Positions 29,577 through 38,820 of a stretch of DNA of 64,000 nt are shown one piece after another; within the stretch, counting starts at the first letter, position 1; the number at the start of each line of letters is the position of its first letter. Made by a program: the position numbers and the translations under genes. Under the pieces are notes generated by a model. It saw only the letters and a program-made list of their open reading frames with translations, had not been told where the DNA came from and did not search any database. This stretch comes from an uncultured Anaerolineaceae bacterium (GTDB taxonomy: Bacteria; Chloroflexota; Anaerolineae; Anaerolineales; Villigracilaceae), in NCBI GenBank assembly GCA_964581545.1, contig CAZOOX010000001.1, positions 440 to 64,439 of the forward strand, given 5' to 3'.

Positions 29577-32030
29577 ATGACCGTTGAGAAAAGAAAAAAA
29601 CACTGGCCAATCTTTTTCCTTTTAGCCTGCCTTGAAGGGGGCATTGCTCTCTTTGCGCTCTTGCGCCTCCCAACTGACCCCACGAACAGCCTTCTTTTTG
29701 GCCTTTCTGCCTCGCGTTTGCTCATGGCAGCCACACTTTTGGGTGCGTTGATTTTCTTCGGATTCTTAGGGTTTTTTGCATGGCGAAAAACTGATTGGCT
29801 AGAAAAATATCTTGATCCAAACAAAGGCCCCAAACTTTATCCAGTACTAAATTATCTTTCCTTTTTTAGCGCACTTTTTGCCTCTATTGCCTTATTTTTA
29901 CTGCGTTACTACAACCCCGAAAGATTTCTCCCTTTTTTTGAGCGTGCCAAGCCTCTTGGGCTTTATATTATCGTTCTTGGGCTTCAGTTATCTTTGTGGT
30001 TGCTCTTTCTTCGTAGAGGGTTTCATCGCCGAAAAGAAAATTTTATTCCCGCAGCGATCACCTTTGCTATCTTGCTGGTTCTTTTTGTATTTGTTGCCAT
30101 CTCGCGGATTGGGTTGACGCCAGACACAGCCTATTGGAGCGAGCCAGGCATTGCTATACAAGGCTGGCAATTTGCGCTTGCCCTTATTCTCGGTTTTTTG
30201 ACCCTTTTATTATCTTTCAAGCTTTCCCTTAAAAAGAGCGACCTTATCTTCGCTCTCATGATCTGGGGCATCGCCATCGCAATTTGGTGGAGCGTTCCCA
30301 TGGATGTGCTAAAAAGCAGCTTCTACGCGCCCTTTGCCTATCCTCTCGGGAAACCTCTCCCTTATTCAGATGCAGGTTTTTACGATTACCTCTCTCAAGG
30401 TCTTCTTCTTGGTAATGGTTTTCTCGCTCAAATTCCACCTCGCCCGCTTTATATCGTCTTTTTAGCAGGATTACGTGCCCTTGTCGGCATCAATGATTAC
30501 GACAAGATCATGTTGGGGCAAACCATAGTCTATGCTCTTTTTCCTGTCGTACTCTATTTGCTCGGGAAGACTCTCCACAGCCGCGCTGCTGGCATAACGA
30601 TCGCATTTTTTGGGATATTTCGAGAATGGACGAATCTACTCGTCTCCTCACAAACGCGCGTTTCAAATAGTCGCACCACCCTCACAGATCTCCCGACCGC
30701 CCTTGTTTTGAGCTTGGTTGCCCTGGTCGTCATCTACTGGCTCAAAAAGCGTAACAATAAATCTCTACTCCCCCTCATCTCTGGCGGCCTATTCGGGATG
30801 CTTCTGCTCCTTCGTACCCAGTCGATGCTCATTCTGCCCTTTATTTTGCTGCTTGCCCTTCTTATCTTCCTCCCCAACTGGAAAAATTGGATTCGAGCCA
30901 GCATTATCTTTATTTTTGGCGTAGTCCTCAGCATATCACCCTGGCTGACGCGCAATGCCCAGTTGACAGGGAAAATCACCTTCGATGACCCAAATCAGCT
31001 CGCAGTTCTCGCAAGCCAATATAAAACAAGCGGCAATCTGGATTGGACAGAATTTGATTTTGAAAATGAAAGCCTTTCCAACTCTCTTCTCGATTTTGCG
31101 ATCCAAAACCCTGGCTACGTAGCCAATTTTATTGCAACGCATTTCCTCGCAACAGAAATTAATGGACTTCTTGCTCTACCTCATATTGAGCCTTTTCATG
31201 GCTTTCAAGAGCCTCTCAATATTTACTGGACAGCTTGGGATGGACATCTTAGTCTAGCCAATCAGTTTTTGATGATCTTCTATCTTGCCATTATTGCATT
31301 GGGCATTGGCGCATCATGGAAGAGAATGAAATGGATTGGCTTAGTTCCTCTCGCCTTTAATTTAGGTTATGCCCTCTCTAATGGCGTTGCCCGCTTCTCT
31401 GGCTGGCGTTACGACTTCCCCGCTGATTGGATCGCCTATTTCTATTTTGGGATCGGTTTTATAGAACTTTCTCTTCTACTAGCGTCTTTCTTCGGTATAA
31501 AGGCAGATAAGGGTGATAAAACCCAACAGCAGTTGCTCAATACATCCTCTTCTCCTTGGCAGTTGATTTTTGCCTCTTTCCTCTTTCTTTCAATTGGTTT
31601 CTCACCTCTTATTCTCGAAAAAAACATTCCTTCTCATTTCGAGACTCTTTCTGAAGAAGAACTTGTTGCTAAGCTTTCTTTGAATTCTGATGAAGTCGAA
31701 GCCTTTGTGGCACAAGAGAATGCTCATCTATTGATGGGACGTTTAATCTATCCACGCTTCTTTTCTCGTGGTTCCGGGATTTATTCCGCGAACCCTTGGC
31801 CTGCCTATGCAGAAGAAGACTTTGCACGAATGGGATTTGTGCTTATCAACGAGAAAAACACGCAAGTTCTTTTCCCGATTAAACATATACCTGCCGAGTT
31901 CCCTAACGGTGTGGATGTAATTCTTCTGGGCTGTCAAAAAGAAGAATATTTCGAAGCAAGGCTTATTTACACAATGGATGATGAGAAAACTCTCTTGAGT
32001 GAAAAGAATCTTCTTTCCTGCGATGAGTAA
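29577..32030 (+). CDS. large polytopic membrane protein (GT-C-like glycosyltransferase architecture suspected)
   Basis: About 817 aa with many TM segments. The ATG at 29577 is the first start after the terminator. Confidence 0.55.
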   Translation: MTVEKRKKHWPIFFLLACLEGGIALFALLRLPTDPTNSLLFGLSASRLLMAATLLGALIFFGFLGFFAWRKTDWLEKYLDPNKGPKLYPVLNYLSFFSALFASIALFLLRYYNPERFLPFFERAKPLGLYIIVLGLQLSLWLLFLRRGFHRRKENFIPAAITFAILLVLFVFVAISRIGLTPDTAYWSEPGIAIQGWQFALALILGFLTLLLSFKLSLKKSDLIFALMIWGIAIAIWWSVPMDVLKSSFYAPFAYPLGKPLPYSDAGFYDYLSQGLLLGNGFLAQIPPRPLYIVFLAGLRALVGINDYDKIMLGQTIVYALFPVVLYLLGKTLHSRAAGITIAFFGIFREWTNLLVSSQTRVSNSRTTLTDLPTALVLSLVALVVIYWLKKRNNKSLLPLISGGLFGMLLLLRTQSMLILPFILLLALLIFLPNWKNWIRASIIFIFGVVLSISPWLTRNAQLTGKITFDDPNQLAVLASQYKTSGNLDWTEFDFENESLSNSLLDFAIQNPGYVANFIATHFLATEINGLLALPHIEPFHGFQEPLNIYWTAWDGHLSLANQFLMIFYLAIIALGIGASWKRMKWIGLVPLAFNLGYALSNGVARFSGWRYDFPADWIAYFYFGIGFIELSLLLASFFGIKADKGDKTQQQLLNTSSSPWQLIFASFLFLSIGFSPLILEKNIPSHFETLSEEELVAKLSLNSDEVEAFVAQENAHLLMGRLIYPRFFSRGSGIYSANPWPAYAEEDFARMGFVLINEKNTQVLFPIKHIPAEFPNGVDVILLGCQKEEYFEARLIYTMDDEKTLLSEKNLLSCDE

Positions 32031-33123
32031 GTCTATCGCCGCAGAACTCCTAACTTGGTATCACCAAAATAAACGCACCCTTCCGTGGAGGAATCATCCT
32101 GACCCTTATGCTGTTTGGGTCTCGGAGATCATGCTCCAGCAAACGCGCGTGGACACAGTCGTCGACTATTTTATGCGGTGGATGGAGAAATTCCCGTGCA
32201 TTGAAGACTTAGCCGCTGTCGATGAACAAGATGTTTTGAACCTATGGGAAGGGCTTGGCTATTATAGCCGTGCCCGGAATTTGCATAAGGCGGCAAAACT
32301 TCTTGTAGAGAGTTCCCTCTCCCCTCGGGAGTACCCTAAAGAGTATAAAAGGGCGGGGGGTGAGGGCAGAGCGCAACTCCCGGAAGACACAAAATCTTTG
32401 CAAAAACTCCCCGGTATCGGGCGTTATACAGCCGCCGCTATCTCTTCGATGGCATTCGGGCACGATGCCGCTGCGCTGGATGGAAATATCCGTCGCGTTT
32501 ATGCGCGGGTATTTAATGTTGAAGAAGTTCTAGGAACAAGAGATGCTGAGAAAATTTTGTGGGGAATTGCCGAAGATATTTTGCCAAAGGGCGAAGCGGG
32601 TGACTATAACCAAGCTCTAATGGATTTAGGTTCAGCGATTTGTACGCCGCGTAACCCTTCTTGTGATAAATGCCCGCTCAACGAATTTTGCGAAGCCTAT
32701 CAACTTGATATTCAGGAAATGCGCCCTGTACGAAAGACAAAGAAAGCTGTGCCGCATCATGTTCATGCGGGGGCGGTGATCGTAAAAAAGGGGCGGGTTT
32801 TGCTCGCTCAACGCCCCAAAAAAGGTTTATTGGGCGGGATGTGGGAGTTTCCTAATGGGCGGATCGAAGAGAATCCTGCTCAGGAACTGGCGATTTTGAT
32901 TTGGGAGGGCTATCAAGTTAAAATCCGGGTAGGGAATCCGCTGGGGAAAGTTGACCATGCGTACACTCACTTCAAAATAACGGAATATGCTTTTCTTTGC
33001 ACGATGTCTGGATCATCCATTAAAGAGAATATGCGATGGGTTGGCTTGAAAGATCTGGATGATTACCCGATGGGAAAAGTGGATCGAGAGATAGTGAAAA
33101 TGCTAGGAGACAATGATGCCTGA
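32023..33123 (+). CDS. mutY: A/G-specific adenine DNA glycosylase with NUDIX-like C-terminal domain
   Basis: LPWR..DPY.VWVSEIMLQQTRV, GLGYYSRARNLH, LPGIGRYTAAAI, Fe-S cluster C..C..C...C (CTPRNPSCDKCPLNEFC). ATGA overlap with the upstream gene. Confidence 0.9.
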   Translation: MSKSIAAELLTWYHQNKRTLPWRNHPDPYAVWVSEIMLQQTRVDTVVDYFMRWMEKFPCIEDLAAVDEQDVLNLWEGLGYYSRARNLHKAAKLLVESSLSPREYPKEYKRAGGEGRAQLPEDTKSLQKLPGIGRYTAAAISSMAFGHDAAALDGNIRRVYARVFNVEEVLGTRDAEKILWGIAEDILPKGEAGDYNQALMDLGSAICTPRNPSCDKCPLNEFCEAYQLDIQEMRPVRKTKKAVPHHVHAGAVIVKKGRVLLAQRPKKGLLGGMWEFPNGRIEENPAQELAILIWEGYQVKIRVGNPLGKVDHAYTHFKITEYAFLCTMSGSSIKENMRWVGLKDLDDYPMGKVDREIVKMLGDNDA

Positions 33124-34726
33124 TTTGATTTTATTTAACGGAAAATTACACACTCAAGATGAAAAATATCCCAATGCGAGTGCAATCGCACTACGAGATG
33201 GGAGGATTTTTACGGTGGGAAGTGACGCTGAAATTAAAGCATTGGCAGGTGAGAAGACAGAGAGAATTGATTTGCAAGGCAAACGCGTTTTACCCGGGCT
33301 GACTGATTCTCACATCCATTTTTACGAATGGGCTTTGCTATTGCGTGGGATCATGCTCGAAGATACTCGCTCTCTGGATGAAGTACAAAAACTTGTGCAG
33401 GATGCGGTAAAAAGGCAAAAAAGCGGCTCGTGGATCATTGGACAGGGCTGGAATCAGGATAATTGGGAGGAGCCGCGAACGCCTACAAAGGCAGACCTGG
33501 ACGAAATAGCTCCTGAAAACCCCGTTATTTTGTGGCGCAAAGATCTGCATTTGGCTTTGGTCAATTCGACCGCGCTAAATTTGGCAGGGATTGACGCCAA
33601 AACACCCGACCCCGCGATGGGTGTGATCCAGCGTGATGAAAATGGCGAGCCAAATGGCTTGCTGAACGAGTTGGCAATTAATCTGGTACGCGCGGTAATG
33701 CCAATTCCCGCCAACGAAGTGACAGATGCCGCAATGCAAAAGACCATGACACGGCTTCATGCGCTTGGTATCACGGGCGTTCATGATTTTCGGATCATGG
33801 GCGGCGAGAGCGGCGCAACTGCTTTTCATGCTTTTCAGCGTTTGCATGCCAAAAAGCAACTTAAATTACGCGCTTTGGTTATGTTGCCCGGCGAGTTTGC
33901 TGAGCAAGCGGCAAAGACCGGCTTAGAAAGCGGTTTTGGTGATGATTTTTTGCGTGTTGGCGGTATCAAACTTTTTTCGGATGGGGCGTTGGGTCCGCGC
34001 ACAGCGTGGATGCTTGAGAATTTTGAAAATGAATCGCATACGGGTATGCCTCTCACGCCGATGAGCGAAATGGCAGAAAAAATCGCCCTTGCCGAAAAAT
34101 CGGGGCTGAGCACCACGATCCACGCGATTGGCGACCGTGCCCTTCGAGAGCTGTTAGATGTTTATGCAGAAATTTTGGATGGAAATATCCATGAGCAGGA
34201 TGCCCGCCCCAAACATCGGATAGAGCATGTGCAGCATAGCCACCCCGATGATTTGGCGAGACTCGCTCCTTTGGGCTTGGTTGCCTCCGTTCAACCTTTG
34301 CACCTGACCGAAGATATGGATATGGTCGATAGCGTCCTCGGCATGGGACGCGCCCGCTATACCTATGCCTTCCGTGACCTTTTGGATGCAGGCACGATCC
34401 TCGCATTTGGCTCCGATTGTCCCGTTGTCTCCCCGAATCCATTTTTAGGAATTCAAGGGGCTGTAACCCGCCAACGAGATGATGGTACACCCGCCGAAGG
34501 CTGGTTCCCTTCCCAGCGGTTAACGGTAGAAGAATCGGTTTTTGCCTATACAATGGGCGCAGCCATCGCCGCCGGGACAGATGATATACAAGGCAGCTTA
34601 TCCCCTGGCAAAGTAGCGGATTTGGTTGTTTTGGAAGATGACATTTTTGAAATCCCGCCACTGGGGATTGGGAAGACAAAGGTGAAGATGACTGTTTTTG
34701 ATGGGGAGGTTGTTTATAGAGGATGA
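33113..34726 (+). CDS. amidohydrolase family protein (Amidohydro_3 / YtcJ-like)
   Basis: 537 aa. LPGLTDSHIHF metal-binding motif near the N-terminus and HAIGDRA / GSDCPV motifs. Confidence 0.85.
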   Translation: MMPDLILFNGKLHTQDEKYPNASAIALRDGRIFTVGSDAEIKALAGEKTERIDLQGKRVLPGLTDSHIHFYEWALLLRGIMLEDTRSLDEVQKLVQDAVKRQKSGSWIIGQGWNQDNWEEPRTPTKADLDEIAPENPVILWRKDLHLALVNSTALNLAGIDAKTPDPAMGVIQRDENGEPNGLLNELAINLVRAVMPIPANEVTDAAMQKTMTRLHALGITGVHDFRIMGGESGATAFHAFQRLHAKKQLKLRALVMLPGEFAEQAAKTGLESGFGDDFLRVGGIKLFSDGALGPRTAWMLENFENESHTGMPLTPMSEMAEKIALAEKSGLSTTIHAIGDRALRELLDVYAEILDGNIHEQDARPKHRIEHVQHSHPDDLARLAPLGLVASVQPLHLTEDMDMVDSVLGMGRARYTYAFRDLLDAGTILAFGSDCPVVSPNPFLGIQGAVTRQRDDGTPAEGWFPSQRLTVEESVFAYTMGAAIAAGTDDIQGSLSPGKVADLVVLEDDIFEIPPLGIGKTKVKMTVFDGEVVYRG

Positions 34727-34750
34727 CAGCGGTTTGGGAGACCGCCACCA
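34725..34750 (+). repeat. cassette-boundary direct repeat, copy 1
   Basis: GACAGCGGTTTGGGAGACCGCCACCA. Its first two bases complete the amidohydrolase TGA stop. Confidence 0.9.
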
Positions 34751-34863
34751 ACAAATCGTAGACGGCGTGACCACCAATTACACCCTTGATCTGAATACTG
34801 GTTTGACGCAGGTTTTGGCTGACGGGACGAACACTTATCTCTACGGAAACGGGCGCATTTCCC

Positions 34864-34891
34864 AATCCCAAATCACCAATCACCAATCACC
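34864..34891 (+). repeat. 7-nt microsatellite (AATCACC x3 plus a degenerate copy) inside the RHS fragment
   Basis: AATCCCA AATCACC AATCACC AATCACC, in frame (21 nt), replacing the segment seen in cassette 2. Confidence 0.8.
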
Positions 34892-35325
34892 TGAGTATTT
34901 CCTTGGCGATGCTTTGGGGTCTGTGCGCCAATTGGCAGATCCTACGGCGGCGGTGACATTGACACAGAGCTACTCCCCCTATGGCGAGGTGGCTTTCAAT
35001 GCGGGTAGTGGATATAGCATATTTCAATACACAGGTGAAGCCAGAGATGCAAATGGGCTAACGTACTTGCGGGCGAGGTATTATGCTCCGCAGGATGGGC
35101 GGTTTATCTCGAGGGATACTTGGAATGGTGTCTATGAAAGACCATTATCACTAAATCGCTTGTGAACAGTGTTTAGCAGATGAAACATTACCTCAAAACT
35201 TTTGCTATATAACGGGAATTTGTTGTGACAGAGAAAAAGTATGTTGGGGAAAGGAGGTCCAAGAACGATTTGGGATTACTCTTTCCAATGATGAAGGGAA
35301 AGGGTGGACATGTCAAAACGCTCAT

Positions 35326-35862
35326 TTGGTCTATGACAGTCTTGCACGTATTGATGGCGTTCTGGGATTCCGTCTAAAAGCAATTGTAGGAGGAGGAACT
35401 TGGATAGTGACAGAATATGAAGGTAAAAAGGGTTATAACGCAAGAACAAGCGGAACAAACGTCGATTTTAGAACTAAAGGAGGGCAATTCATTCGCCAGA
35501 TAAACGTTTATCATGAATTTGGTCATGTACTTGATAACTCACCAGGAAAGGCAAATATATTTTCAAATGCACTTGCGACAAGACATAAATTTGAACCCAA
35601 TTTCATAAATGACGCTGGTTTTCTTGAGAAAGCTTCCTTAAAAACTCAGTTTGTTTTTGACCCTAACTACGGTACAGCCGAAGCATTGCAACATCCAGAC
35701 ACAGATACTGTAGAGCATTGGGCAGATGTCTTTGCCAACTACGTTGCAGGAAACATAAGAGGTAATATGGCAGACATGGTAAGGCTGGAAGAGTTTCAAA
35801 AAAGCCCCGGGCAATTGATGTATGATTTTGCATATTGGGCCATAACTGTTCACGCTAGATAG
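35326..35862 (+). CDS. HExxH zinc-metallopeptidase-like domain, probable displaced RHS C-terminal toxin
   Basis: HEFGH at residues 63-67 and a downstream E-H-W-A-D-V-F motif. The frame is open from 35155, 8 nt before the RHS-frame stop, and the only start candidate is TTG at 35326. Confidence 0.5.
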   Translation: MVYDSLARIDGVLGFRLKAIVGGGTWIVTEYEGKKGYNARTSGTNVDFRTKGGQFIRQINVYHEFGHVLDNSPGKANIFSNALATRHKFEPNFINDAGFLEKASLKTQFVFDPNYGTAEALQHPDTDTVEHWADVFANYVAGNIRGNMADMVRLEEFQKSPGQLMYDFAYWAITVHAR

Positions 35863-35872
35863 GAGGCAAGCA

Positions 35873-36724
35873 ATGAAACTCATACATCTTTTGATTTTCC
35901 CTGTAATTCTTCTCGGGTGTAGTTTGCATTCAACCACTTTACCTACACCTTCTTCTCCTGTGCATATTACACCAACATATTCTCTTTCGCATCCCCCCCC
36001 CGTGACGACACATCTCCCCTCTCCAGAGATAATATTGCAACCTACATTAGTGCCACAACAGGCTGAAAACGTGATGAGAGCCCTACTAATAAATGCTGAA
36101 GAAGATTGCCTTGCTCCTTGTTTTTGGGGTATTACTCCAGGACAAACATCCTTTGATGAAGCTAAACAAATATTTACCTACTTAGGATTGCATTCCGCTA
36201 TAGCATCTGCCGAGAATAATAGACAAGTGTATTACCCTAATTACAGTTTTGATAATGGTTTATCTGTTAACTTATCTGTTGTAATATACGATAACATTGT
36301 TGAAAGCGTGGAGGTGTTTATTGAACTTGAGAATTTTTCTGCGAGAGAGGCACAAGAACGGTTAGCATACTCACCTGAAGTACTAATCCACCGCTATGGC
36401 ACACCTTCAAGAGTAGAGTTTTTTATTGGGATGGTTGATACTCCTCACAGCTTGCATAGTATGGTGATGTACTTTGATACTGTAGACCTAATAGTAGAAT
36501 ATTCAAACGAAAAAGATAGTGCTGATTTTCTTGTTTGCCCTCTGACAGATCAACAGAACATTTGGGTTAGGCTTTGGTTTGGTGAGGAGCCTCTATACCC
36601 TCCTCTTCCGTTGGTTGCATTAGACGAAGCTACTTCAATGACATTGAATGAGTTTTCCAATTTGATGATGGACAATCCTGAAGATGCTTGCATTGATTTA
36701 AAACCATATTATTCAAATCATTAA
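35873..36724 (+). CDS. lipoprotein, candidate cognate immunity protein
   Basis: GGAGG lies 7 nt upstream. Lipobox ILLGCS. Starts 10 nt after the toxin-domain stop. Confidence 0.55.
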   Translation: MKLIHLLIFPVILLGCSLHSTTLPTPSSPVHITPTYSLSHPPPVTTHLPSPEIILQPTLVPQQAENVMRALLINAEEDCLAPCFWGITPGQTSFDEAKQIFTYLGLHSAIASAENNRQVYYPNYSFDNGLSVNLSVVIYDNIVESVEVFIELENFSAREAQERLAYSPEVLIHRYGTPSRVEFFIGMVDTPHSLHSMVMYFDTVDLIVEYSNEKDSADFLVCPLTDQQNIWVRLWFGEEPLYPPLPLVALDEATSMTLNEFSNLMMDNPEDACIDLKPYYSNH

Positions 36725-36796
36725 CGAGAAAAAGCTGCCTTAAAAGAAAGAGCAAATGAGTCAGCGGTCTAAGAGACTGTTACTCTAAAACTATTT

Positions 36797-36824
36797 GACA
36801 GCGGTTTGGGAGACCGCCACCAGC
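36797..36824 (+). repeat. cassette-boundary direct repeat, copy 2
   Basis: GACAGCGGTTTGGGAGACCGCCACCAGC, identical over 28 nt to copy 3. Confidence 0.9.
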
Positions 36825-38107
36825 AAAACGGCGTAAATTACACACTTGATCTCAACACTGACTTGACCCAGGTTTTGGCTGACGGAACGAACACTTATCT
36901 CTATGGAAATGGCAGAATAGCGCAAGCTGACAGCACAACAGAATACTTCCTTGGCGATGCTTTGGGGTCTGTGCGTCAGTTGACTGATCCTGCTAGTGCG
37001 GTGACTCTTACGCAGAGCTATGCGCCTTATGGAGAAGTCACGCAATCTGTTGGCACATCTCAAACCAGCTACGCTTTTACAGGCGAAACGAGAGATGAAA
37101 ATGGGTTAACATTTTTGCGGGCGCGGTATTTGGATAGCAACACAGGGCGCTTTACGCAGAGAGATCCTTCAAGGCTAGAAGCTAATCTATATTTATATGC
37201 ACAGGCAAATCCTGTCAACAGGATTGATCCTACAGGGTTATTTAGCGATAGTCAAATAGCATACAGTCTTGGTGAGCCTGAAGGAGACTTTGAATATAAT
37301 CTCAATTGGTTTGACAGACAAGGGGATGAGCGATGGGGGTTCTTGGCCTTACTCATGGATGCAGAAGATGGAGATACGATAACAGGCGTTTCGCTTGAAA
37401 AATATGGAGAGGTTTCCACATACCCGTTAGGGCAGTTGTATTCTATCGGTGGTTGCTCAATAGCTATTTTAGGCTCAGGAAGCTTCTTCATACCGGACTA
37501 TATAAGAGATTTGCCCTCCATAGCAAAACAAAAAGGCAGGTTAGATATTCCACCATGGCGCTCAGTTGTACAAAGATACCAATTGGACGGTAAAGGGAGC
37601 TACCAAGATACACATTACACTGATTTGCCTGATTTTTATGTAGCTAGTATAGGGCTTGAGCTCAATGTCAAATATGGAGGTACTATTCAGTACCTCCATA
37701 TTCAAGATCGCTTTGGGAACAATTACAATGGTGTAAATCTTGCTGCTAGTGTTGGGCTTTCACGTACGCTAAATGAGTACCAGGAAGGTTATTATTTACC
37801 TTCTAATCAAGGATTTACACGTACAAGTTCTGAAAGCGAGTTGATAAGTAAAATTACAGGAGTCTCCTTCCCCGTTTTTGGTTATGGTTTCTTAATACGA
37901 AAGGGAGGATCGGCAAACATAAATCTACGTCGTGGAGTTGTAGTCACTTATAATGAAGCTATGTGGGATTTTATAAGTTTAGGTATTGGCGGATCTTTTG
38001 TTTGGAGAGCAGAAGGTACGGGGTCGGAAGGTTGGAACCATCTTAATAAAATACGTGGCTATGATAGAGTATCTGTTATATACAGCAGACTTTATGGTAT
38101 ACGCTAA
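36806..38107 (+). CDS. orphan RHS-core tail with intact DPxGL motif fused to a ~289-aa C-terminal domain of unknown family (putative toxin)
   Basis: RHS tail ..YLYGNGRIAQ..EYFLGDALGSVRQLTDP..LRARYLDSNTGRFTQRD..ANPVNRIDPTGL (DPTGL at 37226-37240). No ATG. The frame is open from 36773 and the first start-like codon is the TTG inside the repeat. Confidence 0.7.
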   Translation: MGDRHQQNGVNYTLDLNTDLTQVLADGTNTYLYGNGRIAQADSTTEYFLGDALGSVRQLTDPASAVTLTQSYAPYGEVTQSVGTSQTSYAFTGETRDENGLTFLRARYLDSNTGRFTQRDPSRLEANLYLYAQANPVNRIDPTGLFSDSQIAYSLGEPEGDFEYNLNWFDRQGDERWGFLALLMDAEDGDTITGVSLEKYGEVSTYPLGQLYSIGGCSIAILGSGSFFIPDYIRDLPSIAKQKGRLDIPPWRSVVQRYQLDGKGSYQDTHYTDLPDFYVASIGLELNVKYGGTIQYLHIQDRFGNNYNGVNLAASVGLSRTLNEYQEGYYLPSNQGFTRTSSESELISKITGVSFPVFGYGFLIRKGGSANINLRRGVVVTYNEAMWDFISLGIGGSFVWRAEGTGSEGWNHLNKIRGYDRVSVIYSRLYGIR

Positions 38108-38191
38108 ACGAGCTTTGTCTGAAGAAATAAAATAAGATCACAAGCAGATGTCTAAGCATGAGAGCCAAAACGAAAAAAGGTAAGTAGTAAA

Positions 38192-38560
38192 ATGAAAAAT
38201 AATAAATTCTGGTTTTTTATCCTAAAAGCTCTTAAACGAAAGCGAAATAGAACAACTCTTTATTTTTTTATCTTTTTGATATTACTTGGAGGCCTCTTTG
38301 AACCTACAGGTAATATAATGACGGGTAGTTTTTTATCCGATTCGTTTGGAGCAACTGGACTTGGCGGATTATTTTTATCTTTGGGAATTCAAGTGCGTTC
38401 TGAGCTCCCATCTCCTCCTTTTGAAAACCCTGATTATATTACATACCATATGATCAGCCTTATATGGATAATTGGAGGTATCGCGGTTTTTTTTGCGTAT
38501 ATAAAACATTTATTCTTCTCTGAATACCCCGTAGCTTGCTACGAGGGTTCCGAGCATTAA
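38192..38560 (+). CDS. small polytopic membrane protein, candidate immunity protein
   Basis: 122 aa with three hydrophobic segments. The last ~17 codons and the stop lie in repeat copy C. Confidence 0.55.
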   Translation: MKNNKFWFFILKALKRKRNRTTLYFFIFLILLGGLFEPTGNIMTGSFLSDSFGATGLGGLFLSLGIQVRSELPSPPFENPDYITYHMISLIWIIGGIAVFFAYIKHLFFSEYPVACYEGSEH

Positions 38561-38649
38561 GAAAAATCTGTACCCGTAGGGGCAAAATTCCGTAATACCC
38601 CGTCCGCTTGCGGCGGGGATAGGAATTTTGAAGATTTTTCAAATTTATT
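38509..38649 (+). repeat. 141-bp double-hairpin repeat element, copy C
   Basis: Identical to 4863-5003. Confidence 0.9.
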
Positions 38650-38820
38650 TCCTTTTTTAAAGCTACATATCTGAAATGCCGCCTTGTAATTTAGTCGGAA
38701 AGGAAAAGTAACTCCCTTTCCTAACCGCGCAAAAAGTACTATGAGGCTTTATTTGCACAGATGTGATGGAAAGTCAATAAGGTAATTTGGTTACGAATGC
38801 AATTGCGCGAATTTTCCTTA

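Larger units (their letters stand above)
34725..35165 (+). pseudogene. orphan RHS-core C-terminal fragment, truncated before the DPxGL motif
   Basis: DSGLGDRHQQ..NYTLDLNTGLTQVLADGTNTYLYGNGRI..EYFLGDALGSVRQLADP..VTLTQSYSPYGEV..YTGEARDANGLTYLRARYYAPQDGRFISRD. The stop falls in ..PLSLNRL. No N-terminal RHS shell, and the only ATG (34698) lies inside the amidohydrolase gene. Confidence 0.8.

Noticed and set aside
34053-34886. 277-aa minus-strand ORF spanning the amidohydrolase 3' end and RHS repeat 1.
   Set aside because: It is entirely antisense to two well-supported coding regions, has Arg/Pro/Ser/Gly-rich composition, and has no RBS.
33113-35165. Possibility that amidohydrolase and the RHS fragment form one fusion protein.
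   Set aside because: The RHS frame is +1 relative to the amidohydrolase frame, and the amidohydrolase ends at a TGA partly supplied by the repeat. There is no slippery sequence to suggest programmed frameshifting.
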